DNA of 64,000 bases from a bacterium (GCA_030647205.1 JAUSJO010000005.1:10523-74522), one strand, 5' to 3'. Positions 12,501 through 22,329 are shown, counted from the first letter of the stretch. A program made the numbers and translations. Notes: a model not told the origin generated them from the sequence alone.

Positions 12501-14346
12501 TACCGGAGGAAGTATAATGAACGGCACTGTGACTGTTATGGAAGCAGACCAAGGAGTTACAAGATTAGGCTATAATGCTGGTAGCGTAAATAAGGGTGCG
12601 AGCAATACATTTATAGGGATCAACTCTGGCCAGAACAATACTACGGCTGACTACATAACTGCTGTCGGAATAAATTCTTTACAGTCAAATACTTCAGGTT
12701 GGTACAATGTTGCTCTTGGAGCACATACTCTCTCATCTAATGTTGATGGCTATAGTAATGTTGCTATAGGGACAAACACCTTACATAGTAATGTTTCGGG
12801 AGACAACAATACAGCCGTTGGCACAGATGTTCAAAGAGATACTACTGGCAACAACAACACCTCGATCGGTTCACACTCTTTGCATTTTACTACTACAGGG
12901 AGCAACAATGCTGCTGTTGGAGATTTTTCACTTTATTCAAATCTTACGGGGAGCCGCAACTCTACCAGCGGATCAATGGCTCTCTACTCAAATTCGACTG
13001 GGAGCAATAATTCTGCTATTGGATATTTGTCCCTCTTTAGTAATACTATCGGCGGCTTCAATGTCGCCAACGGCATCGACTCCCTTGGTAGTACAAACCC
13101 GACAGCCAGTGGAACTATAACGGCATTTGCCAACTCTCCTACCGAACCGGGAGTAAAGACCCAGGTGACATCAGCCGGACACGGCAGGTCAAACGGCGCT
13201 CTGGTTACTATTTATGATCCTACCGCTGCCTTTAACTCCTCGGTATATAAAGGTATCTGGGTAATTTCCAATGTCGCAGCAAATACCTTTGATATTACTA
13301 AGGTTTATTCCGCAGAGGCGGCAGGCGGCAGTAAGTGGGTAGTAGGAGGCGGGAATACGGCTCTCGGAGGTTCATCTGGTTATGCTAATACTACCGGTAC
13401 AGGCAATACTTTCCTTGGCTATAACGCAGGGGCTACCTCAACTGCAACCCTCCAAAATGCTACAGCCATCGGATATAACGCTCAGGTTACGGCAAGTAAC
13501 TCTATTGTGCTTGGTGGTACAGGCAGTACAGACTCGGTAAATGTTGGTATTGGAACAACGGCGCCGACGACTATGCTGGATGTCAGACAGTCGGTCAATG
13601 GCACAAATATAGTAAATATCCAGCGTGTCACAGATACCTCACCAACCGGTCATCTTCTAGACTTCAAGACTGCTGCTGGGGGAACATTAACTTACTTTAA
13701 TAGTTACGGAAACTATGTAGGGGTAGCGTTGCAAGAATTGTATACAACAGCTTCACCGACTTACTTTGAGGCTAACTCATGGGTCATACAAGGAAGTGGG
13801 ACAGGTCCTACTAGGATTGGTTCAAGTAATAATAAAAACATAGAGCTTTACCCGCAGGGGACCGGCAGTCTTTTAGTCAAAGGAACGATGGCCGCGCTTG
13901 GGCCAAACAGTTCTGCATATACTGCGTCCAAGTCAACAACGACGATAACTGCAACCGTTGGAACATTTTCGGCTGCCGATGTTGGGAAATACTTTATCTG
14001 GGGTGACTCCGGAGGTACAACAGATAGAATAACAGGATACACAGACGCCACCCACGTTACCGTTGCAGATAGTGGCACCATGACCTCGCAGACAGGATAT
14101 GTAAGAGTAACAAACTTATACGTTACTTTGGCAACTGGCAATATTGGTATAGGTACAAATAATCCAACCGAGAAACTGGAAGTGAATGGTGGTATGCGTT
14201 TAAATACTACAACGGCTAAACCAACCTGTGATGCTACACATCGCGGCACTTTCTGGGTGAACCAAGGCGCAGCAGGAGTTAAGGACGATGTAGAGGTTTG
14301 TGCCAAAGATGCTGCTGACGCCTATGCGTGGAGAACTATTTACTAA
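9580..14346 (+). CDS. Giant (~1585 aa) N-terminally anchored mosaic surface protein with phage-tail-fibre-like modules; start may be ATG 9595
   Basis: N-terminal TM plus coiled coil; LNADTLDG.HA, NTFxG/NTAxG repeats, three T..HG....V.I modules, C-terminal KPTC...RGTFW...VEVCAK module. Confidence 0.85.
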   Translation: MILGVMKAIKIKKLLIKCFLLVAVLVIGGYFSVFQLAIQKAEEVRHKNQTELTNTKQKLDQDIQAVKKDLSSSITNRGYTEMSADQFTSKEITSGQITSGQLTASSGVNIQGSLAADSPVQSSATLAASVDPGTISIYHDGSNGHVETNRGSIFLTPANGYLRSDGNLYPKTNNTYNLGVSGWMWKDIYLQGSLRDSGNSAAGVTVADLRNAKNHMYTNGSSHSWLGQSLRIENSPTFRGLTLNGNLSLGTNTLTTTNATVVANLNADTLDGYHAADLLSGVLPPGGTTSDYLRGDNTWQALNSSAVQGLGALATIDTINNGQWSGTALSVANGGTGATLAVDARTNLGLGTLAVEDAATWAGSTSIATVGTITTGTWNAGALTSSGAIQGTSLNIFGNADATHVIVRANATQSNTNPLISIQASDGAELFRIHSDDIDNIFIGRDAGMNNVANPSTSAGNYNTFLGYTAGRNNTSGHYNTYLGNRSGALTTSGDHNTFVGMQSGYNNTTGQYNNFFGITAGQDLTDGDHNLALGSYAQFGLVTGESNMSIGNYAGYNRLLARANILQGYGAGGSGKAGAYNTAVGDNTLYNDYTGMGNASFGAYSLYNNKGTSDRSITGFSASGGNTKVTTLTSHGLQVSDSVFIAFNDTTQTEVTKSGKYTVLTVPDATSFTISKTYDSANDKKGWWERGATFSDNGSGKVRVISNNHGVPNGGMVALGYSGTGVTGGYYKGLQVATLVDANTFDLTDLSYTASVTSGWFFYEDDAINNTAIGTLAGYANTTGINNTFLGYKSGMTSTATLQNAAAIGYNAQVTQNSSIVLGGTGADAVNIGIGTTAPLEKIHVDHGNMRLDQEAAPGALTATVTATAGNPNGTYQYAVTFVTADGETEAGTASTAVSPALKQVSLTNIPLGSSKVTARKIYRSSEGEHWAGYTNKVRNAKLVTTLANNTATTYTDNVADGSLGAAAPYNNTTGGSIMNGTVTVMEADQGVTRLGYNAGSVNKGASNTFIGINSGQNNTTADYITAVGINSLQSNTSGWYNVALGAHTLSSNVDGYSNVAIGTNTLHSNVSGDNNTAVGTDVQRDTTGNNNTSIGSHSLHFTTTGSNNAAVGDFSLYSNLTGSRNSTSGSMALYSNSTGSNNSAIGYLSLFSNTIGGFNVANGIDSLGSTNPTASGTITAFANSPTEPGVKTQVTSAGHGRSNGALVTIYDPTAAFNSSVYKGIWVISNVAANTFDITKVYSAEAAGGSKWVVGGGNTALGGSSGYANTTGTGNTFLGYNAGATSTATLQNATAIGYNAQVTASNSIVLGGTGSTDSVNVGIGTTAPTTMLDVRQSVNGTNIVNIQRVTDTSPTGHLLDFKTAAGGTLTYFNSYGNYVGVALQELYTTASPTYFEANSWVIQGSGTGPTRIGSSNNKNIELYPQGTGSLLVKGTMAALGPNSSAYTASKSTTTITATVGTFSAADVGKYFIWGDSGGTTDRITGYTDATHVTVADSGTMTSQTGYVRVTNLYVTLATGNIGIGTNNPTEKLEVNGGMRLNTTTAKPTCDATHRGTFWVNQGAAGVKDDVEVCAKDAADAYAWRTIY

Positions 14347-14423
14347 CAGCTCCTTTTTGACCTCTCATGGTTTTTGGGTAAATAGGGTTTACTGTTTTTT
14401 TCTTTTTGTTCTATAATAAACAT

Positions 14424-14801
14424 ATGCATTACTTTAGTTTGGTGCCAACATTTTTCATGTGGTGGTACGGGAGGGGACTAAAAGATCTCTTTAGTTTCTT
14501 GTCGGCTCTTTTTTCATATACAAGCAACATGTTCTCGGTGACCACCCTTTTAAAGACTTTGTTTTCTCCATGGAAGAAGCTAGTCGGTGAGAGGGGAAGA
14601 GGGATAGAGGGGCTCAAGCTATGGCTGGTGGACAATCTTGTTTCTCGGGCAGTTGGTTTCATAGTGCGGCTGTTTATGATAATCTTTTTTCTCATTGTCT
14701 TTATATTATTTGCGTTTTTTGCTGTTTTGGCAGTTATATTCTGGATAGGTATGCCGGTGTTCATTCTTGCAGCTTTTATTTATATATTTATAGGATACTA
14801 A
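14424..14801 (+). CDS. Conserved-looking membrane protein preceding the Clp ATPase
   Basis: WWYG..., LLKTLFSPWK, DNLVSR..GF.VR plus long hydrophobic C-terminus; ATG 6 nt after TATAAT. Confidence 0.75.
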   Translation: MHYFSLVPTFFMWWYGRGLKDLFSFLSALFSYTSNMFSVTTLLKTLFSPWKKLVGERGRGIEGLKLWLVDNLVSRAVGFIVRLFMIIFFLIVFILFAFFAVLAVIFWIGMPVFILAAFIYIFIGY

Positions 14802-14805
14802 TAAG

Positions 14806-17325
14806 ATGATAAATCCGGCACAGATAAAATTTACAAAAAGGGCTAGCAGAGTAAATGCGGCAAAGCTAGCTAATATGCTAGGTAAGCATTTTTTCATACT
14901 TGTGCTCGATATCTTTGCTTTTTTAGGAATTTTTGCTGTTCTTTTTCTCCTGGCAGACGGATTTGTGTTGCATGTAGGAGCGCTACTTACCTTACCGTCA
15001 AAGATATTTCTGTTTATTGGGCTCAAATCTTTTGTAATCTCTCTGTTTGTTAAAAGTTATTTTAGGGAGATTGAAGATGGTATTAAGATTCCTGATAATC
15101 CTCCCGCGTATGAAGTCTTTGACATTTGCGACCTTGAGACTATAAGGATCTTGGATTCAATCAATATGACAACTCCTGATGTTATAGACTTTTATAAAAA
15201 GCTTCTCGGGACAAGAAGGGTTGGTTTTATTGCCGATGAGATGGGCATGAATGACGATTTTAACAAGAAGATGTTCTCAGGCTTGCAAAGGGAACAGAAC
15301 ATCTTGCCCCAAGTATTTGCTTATGCCATTGAAAATGCAATAAATGAAAAATCGAAGTTTATTACGGCAGCTGATGTATTTTATGGATTTATAAAGATGA
15401 GTGCTACTTTAGACCAAGCACTTATGTCCATCGAGATAAGTGAGGATGATCTCTCAAATATAATTTTTTGGGCAAACAGCCTTTTCCAGAAAATATACTA
15501 TCCTAAAACGCTGCTTGATAAGTTTCATGCAAAAAATGCCGGTCTGGCTGAGGGTTGGGCATCAGGCTACACCCTTTTCCTTGATAGGTTCAGCACAGAT
15601 ATAACAAACCCGGCTTATTTTGGTAGTTTCTCATCTTTGGGGAGGGAAAAGATACTCGCTCATATGGAGAACACCCTTTCAAAAGAGGCTAAGAACAACT
15701 GTATTTTGACCGGTGAAGCGGGTGCCGGGAAGACTTCTTTGGTTTATGGCTTTGCTGAGAAAATATATTGGGGAGACACAATTCCGGAACTTTCTCACAG
15801 TAGAGTTGTATCTCTTGATGCATCTACACTTCTATCCGGGTCGTCTGATCCGGGCGAAATACACGAAAGACTTCTTGGCGTTTTAAATGATGCGATTCAT
15901 GCGGGCAATGTGATTCTTTTTATAGATAATATTCACGATCTCTTTGCGGGCGGAGGGGAGAAAGTAGGAACCATTGATGCTTCAGAGATCATTGCTCCAT
16001 ATCTGCAAAGCAGTAGTCTTAGAATCATCGGGATTTCGGATAATGCTCATTATCAGACATATATAGTTCCCCATACTCAGATATCCGGCAATATGGAGAG
16101 AATAGAAGTGCCACCGACAGATGAGAACCAAACTGTAAGGATACTTGAGGATCTAAGTCTTTATTTCTCGGGCAAGTTTGGTCTCAGGATTACTTATAAT
16201 GCTCTGAAAGAAGTGTATAAACTTGCCGAAAGATTTGTTGCCGAAAAAGGATTCCCCGCACGCGCTGTCGATATGTTGGAGAATGTTTGTACTTCAGCAA
16301 AGAACTCAGGTAGCAAAGTTTTGGACAGGCATGTAATAGATAAGCTAGCCGAGAGTACACTAAATGTTCCCATCCAGGAAGCCGAGGGTGATGAAAGAGA
16401 AAAGCTTTTGAAGCTGGAAGAGAAGCTTCACTCCAGGGTTATCGGGCAGGATGAGGCGGTAAAGGCTATATCACAAGCTCTGCAACGTGCCAGGACTCAG
16501 GTGACGGACACAAAAAGGCCGATCGGGACGTTTCTTTTCTTGGGTCCGACCGGTGTAGGAAAAACAGAACTTACAAAGGCGCTTGCCTGGGCATATTTTG
16601 GCAATGAAGAAAACATGGTCAGGATGGATATGAACGAGTTCCAAGACGCAGCATCGGTGGATAGGTTTATCGGTCGGCAAATGCCTGGGAGCGAGAAGCT
16701 TGAAGGCGGTGACTTTGTTAAAAAGGTCCGCGAGAAACCGTTTTCAGTTATTCTTCTTGATGAGCTTGAAAAAGCTCATCCGGATATCTTAAATTTATTC
16801 TTGCAAATCTTAGATGAAGGATACTTCACTGATGGTATGGGCTCTAGAGTATCTTTCCAAAACTCTATCATCATTGCCACCTCAAATGCCGGAGCAAACC
16901 TAATCCGTGAGGGGGTTGCCGGCGGCAAGACCTCAGACAGTTTAAAGGGGGAACTGCTGAACTATCTTCAGGCAGAGGGAATTTATAAGCCGGAGTTTTT
17001 GAACAGATTTGACGGGGCAATTGTCTTTAAGCCATTAACAAAGATAGAACTTTTGAAGATTGCCGGGCTGATGTTTGAAAAGACTTGTGCAAGTTTAAGG
17101 CAAAAAGGCTATGTTATTCAGATAGACTCGTCCGCGCTAGAGAAACTGGTAGAGTGGGGGTATCAGCCTGAGTTTGGAGCAAGGCCTATGCGCAGGGTGT
17201 TTCAGGATAAGTTGGAAAGCATGTTGGCGAAGAAGATTTTGGAGGGTACTGTCCAAAAGGGCGCACCTTTCACGGTTAAGCTGACGGATTTGGAGGATAC
17301 AACTCAAGCAGTTGGAAATATGTAA
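14806..17325 (+). CDS. Membrane-anchored ClpA/B/C-family double AAA+ ATPase
   Basis: Two N-terminal TM segments; GEAGAGKT and LGPTGVGKT Walker A; LLDELEKAH; RFD; GARPMRR. Confidence 0.9.
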   Translation: MINPAQIKFTKRASRVNAAKLANMLGKHFFILVLDIFAFLGIFAVLFLLADGFVLHVGALLTLPSKIFLFIGLKSFVISLFVKSYFREIEDGIKIPDNPPAYEVFDICDLETIRILDSINMTTPDVIDFYKKLLGTRRVGFIADEMGMNDDFNKKMFSGLQREQNILPQVFAYAIENAINEKSKFITAADVFYGFIKMSATLDQALMSIEISEDDLSNIIFWANSLFQKIYYPKTLLDKFHAKNAGLAEGWASGYTLFLDRFSTDITNPAYFGSFSSLGREKILAHMENTLSKEAKNNCILTGEAGAGKTSLVYGFAEKIYWGDTIPELSHSRVVSLDASTLLSGSSDPGEIHERLLGVLNDAIHAGNVILFIDNIHDLFAGGGEKVGTIDASEIIAPYLQSSSLRIIGISDNAHYQTYIVPHTQISGNMERIEVPPTDENQTVRILEDLSLYFSGKFGLRITYNALKEVYKLAERFVAEKGFPARAVDMLENVCTSAKNSGSKVLDRHVIDKLAESTLNVPIQEAEGDEREKLLKLEEKLHSRVIGQDEAVKAISQALQRARTQVTDTKRPIGTFLFLGPTGVGKTELTKALAWAYFGNEENMVRMDMNEFQDAASVDRFIGRQMPGSEKLEGGDFVKKVREKPFSVILLDELEKAHPDILNLFLQILDEGYFTDGMGSRVSFQNSIIIATSNAGANLIREGVAGGKTSDSLKGELLNYLQAEGIYKPEFLNRFDGAIVFKPLTKIELLKIAGLMFEKTCASLRQKGYVIQIDSSALEKLVEWGYQPEFGARPMRRVFQDKLESMLAKKILEGTVQKGAPFTVKLTDLEDTTQAVGNM

Positions 17326-17375
17326 AGAAAAGTGTAAAATTAGTCGTAAGTTAAAGTTTAGAAAGTGGAGGGTTC

Positions 17376-19811
17376 ATGGCAGAAACAAAAAATATACTCT
17401 GGTTTTCAGAGGTTGGAAAAGATGACGGTAAATATGTTGGTGGTAAGGGCGCTAATCTTGGTGAACTGACAAATGCTGGCTTTCCTGTGCCGGGAGGTTT
17501 TATTGTTACCGCGCAGGCATATTTTGATTTTCTTGGGAAAACAGATTTGAAATCTAAAATATCTGAAATTTTAAAGGGATTAAACGTAGAAGATTCAAAA
17601 GACTTGCAAGATAGGGCGGTAAAAGTGCAAGAACTAATCAAAAAAGCGGATTTCCCCGAAGATTTAGCCCATGAAATTGTTCAAAACTATCATAAACTCG
17701 CTAAAGAGACAGGCACCGAGAAGAAAGATCTTTATGTGGCTGTTCGTTCCAGTGCCACGGCTGAAGATTTAGCTGATGCTTCATTTGCCGGTCAGCAAGC
17801 TACTTATTTAAATATCCTAGGCGATATACCGGTTCTTCATGCGGTGCTAAAGTGCTGGGCGTCTCTCTTTGAAGCTAGGGCTATTTACTACCGTGAAGAC
17901 AAAGGGTTTGACCAGTTAGAAGTTGGCATAGCTGTACCGGTTCAGAAGATGGTCAACTCTGAAAAAGCTGGTGTTATGTTCACTATTGACCCGACAAACA
18001 ACGATATGGATCATATTTCAATTGAAGCAGCTTACGGACTTGGCGAGGTGGTGGTTTTGGGCGCCGTAACCCCCGACAGGTATCTGATTGATAAGAAAAC
18101 GAAAGAAATTACTGACAAGGAAATTCATAAGCAAACATGGATGCTAACCCGTGAAGGCGGAGATGCTGATACAGATGATACTACAGATATTTCAAAAAGT
18201 GGCGTGCCGGTGCCTGATGAAAAACAGGATGCACAAAAACTGACTGATGACGAAATTGCACAACTAGTTGAGCTTGCACTAAAGATTGAGGAGCATTATG
18301 GCAAGCCGCAGGATACAGAGTGGGCGACTGAGGGTGGAAAAGTATATATGGTTCAGTCTAGACCAATAACGACGCTTGGCGATAGCGGTGCAACAGACGC
18401 GAGCGCAAACTCGGAACCAGAGGCTCAGACAAGCTCTAGTCCAAGCGCCGGCCAGGATATTTCTCAAGCAGAGATTATCTTAAGGGGATCAGCAGCATCT
18501 GTAGGGCTTAACGGCGGTCCGGTAAAGATTATCCATTCACCAAGCGAAATAGATAAAATCCTTGAAGGCGATGTTTTAGTAACAGAAATGACTACTCCGG
18601 ACTTTGTGCCGGCCATGAAGCGAGCATCGGCAATCGTTACTGATGCAGGAGGAAGAACTTGCCACGCAGCCATAGTATCGCGTGAACTTGGTATCCCTTG
18701 TGTAGTAGGGACGGAAACAGCGACCACAACATTACAAAATTACCCGGAAGTTACCGTAGACGGAAAAACGGGAGCGGTTTATGCGGGACTTATTAAAGTA
18801 AAAGAACAACCAGTTCAAGATCCTGGCCAAGTTGCTAGCCAAGCAGCTCCGATTGTAACGGCGACGAAAATTTACGTTAATCTTGGTGAGCCAGAGTTGG
18901 CAGAAAAGATCGCGGCAAAAGATGTAGATGGAGTCGGACTTTTAAGGGCTGAATTCATTATTATGGAGTCTATCGGCGAACATCCGAAGAAAATGATTAA
19001 AGAAGGTCGGCAGGAAGAATACATTACAAAACTGGCTCAAGGACTTGAAACTTTTGCTCGTGCCTTTGACCCGCGGCCAGTGGTTTACAGAGCAACAGAC
19101 TTTAAAACTAATGAATACAGAGGTCTAAAGGGTGGGGAAGAGTTTGAGCCGGAGGAGGATAATCCGATGATCGGCTATCGCGGTTGTTTCAGGTATTTGA
19201 AAGACCCTGAGGAGTTCTCATTAGAGCTTGAGGCAATTAAACGTGTGAGATCAAACTTCAAAAACCTACATCTTATGATTCCATTTGTAAGGCGTACAGA
19301 TGAATTCCAAAGAGTAAAAGAAATGGTAGAAAACAGCGGACTGAACAAAGCCACCGATCCGGACTTCAAGCTTTGGATAATGGTAGAGGTTCCGTCAGCT
19401 GTCATCGAAATAGAAAAATATTGTCAGATGGGAATTGATGGAGTTTCAATCGGTTCAAACGACCTCACGCAGTTAGCATTGGGGCTGGACAGGGACTCAA
19501 GTACCGTGGCTGAGGAGTTTGATGAGAGATATCCGGTGGTGCAGTGGATGATAAAAAGAACGGTAGAAACTTGCCGCGAATATGGAGTTACTTGTTCTAT
19601 TTGCGGTCAGGCACCGAGCGTTTACCCTGAAGTGGCTCAAAAAATGGTAGAGTATGGTACGACATCAATCTCTGTGAATCCGGATATGATAGAGCAAACC
19701 AGAAAAATGGTAGCGTCAGTAGAAGAAAAGCTGATCTTAAAAGAAATGTCTGATGTTCAACAAAAATTATCCGAGCTGGAGCATAAAATAAGCGAACAAA
19801 CGAACAGTTAG
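17376..19811 (+). CDS. ppsA: Phosphoenolpyruvate synthase (pyruvate,water dikinase)
   Basis: VGGKGANLGE, AVRSSATAED, SFAGQQ, TCHAAIVSRE, SIGSNDLTQL. Confidence 0.97.
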   Translation: MAETKNILWFSEVGKDDGKYVGGKGANLGELTNAGFPVPGGFIVTAQAYFDFLGKTDLKSKISEILKGLNVEDSKDLQDRAVKVQELIKKADFPEDLAHEIVQNYHKLAKETGTEKKDLYVAVRSSATAEDLADASFAGQQATYLNILGDIPVLHAVLKCWASLFEARAIYYREDKGFDQLEVGIAVPVQKMVNSEKAGVMFTIDPTNNDMDHISIEAAYGLGEVVVLGAVTPDRYLIDKKTKEITDKEIHKQTWMLTREGGDADTDDTTDISKSGVPVPDEKQDAQKLTDDEIAQLVELALKIEEHYGKPQDTEWATEGGKVYMVQSRPITTLGDSGATDASANSEPEAQTSSSPSAGQDISQAEIILRGSAASVGLNGGPVKIIHSPSEIDKILEGDVLVTEMTTPDFVPAMKRASAIVTDAGGRTCHAAIVSRELGIPCVVGTETATTTLQNYPEVTVDGKTGAVYAGLIKVKEQPVQDPGQVASQAAPIVTATKIYVNLGEPELAEKIAAKDVDGVGLLRAEFIIMESIGEHPKKMIKEGRQEEYITKLAQGLETFARAFDPRPVVYRATDFKTNEYRGLKGGEEFEPEEDNPMIGYRGCFRYLKDPEEFSLELEAIKRVRSNFKNLHLMIPFVRRTDEFQRVKEMVENSGLNKATDPDFKLWIMVEVPSAVIEIEKYCQMGIDGVSIGSNDLTQLALGLDRDSSTVAEEFDERYPVVQWMIKRTVETCREYGVTCSICGQAPSVYPEVAQKMVEYGTTSISVNPDMIEQTRKMVASVEEKLILKEMSDVQQKLSELEHKISEQTNS

Positions 19812-19820
19812 GAAGAAAAA

Positions 19821-20582
19821 ATGAGATGTCCAAAATGCGGACAAGAGATGATACATATCAACAATCAGTATATTTGTACTGCTTGTGGTATTGTTGCTAA
19901 TGAATTTTCTCCCAAGCAGCAGGTTTTGGGGGCAATCAAGAAAAAAATGGCTGCCCAGAATACTTCCAAACAAGAGGAGTATGTATCTCCTGTTGCGATA
20001 GCTACAGAACAACCGCAAGCACAACAATATATCCCGCCCAACCCGGCCTCAAAAATCGACCAGCAAGCTTTGGCTGGGATTACTCTAGATCAGATTATTA
20101 AAGAGTTGGCTGCAGGTGCTGTAAAGTTAAACAAGGGTACAACAGATAAAAATGAAGAAGATTATCTGGACTCAGGATCTGAGGGTGAAAAGATTATCCC
20201 TCGGATTGGAACGGAAGGTAAGGAAGTGGCGAGTCAAGATAGTGAAGTACCTCAAAAACAAGTTCAGGCTCCACCCGCACCAGTGCAGGTAGCTCAACCG
20301 GTTCAGTCTGAAGCTATACAGGTAGAAAGCGTTGCACCGGCTAATATGACTTTTCCACCCTCGTCAACGTCTCAAGATACTATGGGGAGTCTCCAGGTTA
20401 GTCAGGTTTTAGAAGGCGATCAGGAGGAGATCTACCCTTCGCATCAGGTAAATCCGATCCTTATAAAAACTTTGATATATGTATTTGTGACATTGGTCCT
20501 GTTTGTGATAGGGTATCTTATATACACAAACCCTGGTGCACGAGGGTTTATAGAGAATACTCTGAAAAATTTAGGGAAATAA
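19821..20582 (+). CDS. Hypothetical protein: Zn ribbon, Q/P-rich linker, C-terminal TM
   Basis: CPKC..CTAC; hydrophobic segment near C-terminus; sits between ppsA and eno. Confidence 0.7.
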   Translation: MRCPKCGQEMIHINNQYICTACGIVANEFSPKQQVLGAIKKKMAAQNTSKQEEYVSPVAIATEQPQAQQYIPPNPASKIDQQALAGITLDQIIKELAAGAVKLNKGTTDKNEEDYLDSGSEGEKIIPRIGTEGKEVASQDSEVPQKQVQAPPAPVQVAQPVQSEAIQVESVAPANMTFPPSSTSQDTMGSLQVSQVLEGDQEEIYPSHQVNPILIKTLIYVFVTLVLFVIGYLIYTNPGARGFIENTLKNLGK

Positions 20583-20589
20583 AGTATTT

Positions 20590-21846
20590 ATGAAAATCAA
20601 AGATATCAAAGCGACAGAAATATTAGACTCACGAGGAAACCCAACCGTTTCTGCTTCTGTTAAGCTTGAAAATGGCGTAAGGGCTGAAGCCTCTGTGCCC
20701 AGCGGGGCATCAACAGGAGAGCATGAGGCACACGAGCTTAGAGATGGTGACGAAAACCGATTTTCCGGCAAAGGAGTCTTAAAAGCTTGTGAAAATATCA
20801 ACAAAATCATTGCCCCGAAGCTAACAGGTATGGATGTCTCTGGTCAAACCAAGATTGATGAGGTAATGCTCGAGCTTGACGGTACAAAGAATAAGGAAAA
20901 TCTTGGTGCAAATGCTATCTTAGCTGTTTCGATAGCAACCCTGCGCGCGCATGCGCAAAGCAAACAAAAAGAGCTATTTCAAATAATCGGAGATTCATTT
21001 GGGTTTAATGATTTTAAAATTCCAAAACCTCTTTCGGTGATAATAGAAGGAGGGAAGCATTCTGACTCAAATGCAGATATACAGGAGTATATGATTCAAA
21101 TAGAAGAAGACGATATTAGCCAAGGTTTGAGCCAGATTGAACAGGTGTATCACGCGCTGGAAAAAGTGCTGGCTAACAGCGGCAAGAACACTAATATTGG
21201 ATACGAGGGTGCTTTTGGTCCGGATTTGGCATCTAATCGTGAGGGACTGGACTTAATTATGCAGGCGATAGACAGTTCAGGGATTCCAAAAGAAAAGATA
21301 AAAATAGCGCTTGATGTTGCATCAAGTGAGATCTACGACAAGGAAAGTCAAAAATACCTTTTAAAAAGCGAAAATATGGCTTTGCAGGCCAGTCAGATGG
21401 TTGCTTATTTGGAAGATTTAGTTAGGAATTATCCGATTATTTCTATCGAAGATGGGATGGCAGAGGACGCCATGGAAGACTGGGCGCTTTTAAGTGAGAG
21501 GCTGGGAAAAGATATTATACTTGTTGGGGATGACCTTTTCGTGACAAACGTGGAAAGGATTCGAAAAGGCATTGATAGAAAAGCTGCCAATGCGGTTCTT
21601 ATTAAGCCCAATCAGATAGGAACAGTTACGGAAACTATTGAGGCAATCAAGCTAACAAGATTTGCCGGCTGGGAACCGATAGTGTCACACCGAAGCGGGG
21701 AAACGAATGACACGTTCATCGCCGACCTGGCAGTGGCTGTCGGGGCAAAATACATTAAAGCCGGGGCGCCGGTCAGAGGCGAGAGAGTTGCAAAGTATAA
21801 CAGGCTACTTGAAATATCGGAAAGCCTTAGGAAAGTAAAAAAATAA
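20590..21846 (+). CDS. eno: Enolase
   Basis: EILDSRGNPTV, VPSGASTG, LVGDDLFVTN, SHRSGET, ERVAKYN. Confidence 0.97.
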   Translation: MKIKDIKATEILDSRGNPTVSASVKLENGVRAEASVPSGASTGEHEAHELRDGDENRFSGKGVLKACENINKIIAPKLTGMDVSGQTKIDEVMLELDGTKNKENLGANAILAVSIATLRAHAQSKQKELFQIIGDSFGFNDFKIPKPLSVIIEGGKHSDSNADIQEYMIQIEEDDISQGLSQIEQVYHALEKVLANSGKNTNIGYEGAFGPDLASNREGLDLIMQAIDSSGIPKEKIKIALDVASSEIYDKESQKYLLKSENMALQASQMVAYLEDLVRNYPIISIEDGMAEDAMEDWALLSERLGKDIILVGDDLFVTNVERIRKGIDRKAANAVLIKPNQIGTVTETIEAIKLTRFAGWEPIVSHRSGETNDTFIADLAVAVGAKYIKAGAPVRGERVAKYNRLLEISESLRKVKK

Positions 21847-21926
21847 TGCTTTTTTGTGAGATTTGATATATTATCTAGGAAACAGTTATGTTTCAATAGG
21901 AAACAAATAGAAAGGAGGTGAAAAAT

Positions 21927-22277
21927 ATGTTAGCACTACTAGCACAAGCAACTGATGACTTTACAAACACAACGATTGACACAACAAATAGCGCGGCCGC
22001 AACCGGAGTTATTGCCGGCTTGGGGATTTTGTGGCTTGTATTTATGCTTATTTGGCTTGTCACCACTGTATTCTCAATATGGATGTTCATTGATGCTTTG
22101 ATAAGAAAGGATGAAGATTTTGCGACCGGCAGTAAGGTCATGTGGGCTCTTCTGATTTTCTTCTTCAACTTTATCCCTGCCATAATCTATTTCTTTATGG
22201 TAAAGAAAAAGTCAGGACAGAACGGCGGAACAAGTACCCCAACACAAAGTACTGGTGGAACGGACGCTCCCGCTTAA
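21927..22277 (+). CDS. Small membrane protein (PLDc_N/DUF2516-like), paralog 1
   Basis: Strong SD AAGGAGGTGA; FSIWMFIDA...K..W...IYFF. Confidence 0.75.
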   Translation: MLALLAQATDDFTNTTIDTTNSAAATGVIAGLGILWLVFMLIWLVTTVFSIWMFIDALIRKDEDFATGSKVMWALLIFFFNFIPAIIYFFMVKKKSGQNGGTSTPTQSTGGTDAPA

Positions 22278-22291
22278 TTAGATTTGAATTT

Positions 22292-22329
22292 AAAAGGAAT
22301 CTTCGGGCACGATCCTGAAGGTTCTTTTT
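22292..22329 (+). terminator. Rho-independent terminator
   Basis: GGAATCTTCGGG/CCTGAAGGTTCT stem then T-run. Confidence 0.7.

Noticed and set aside
2030-14346. Prophage or tailocin, because of tail-fibre-like motifs
   Set aside because: No capsid, terminase, sheath, integrase or lysis genes; both proteins have N-terminal membrane anchors.
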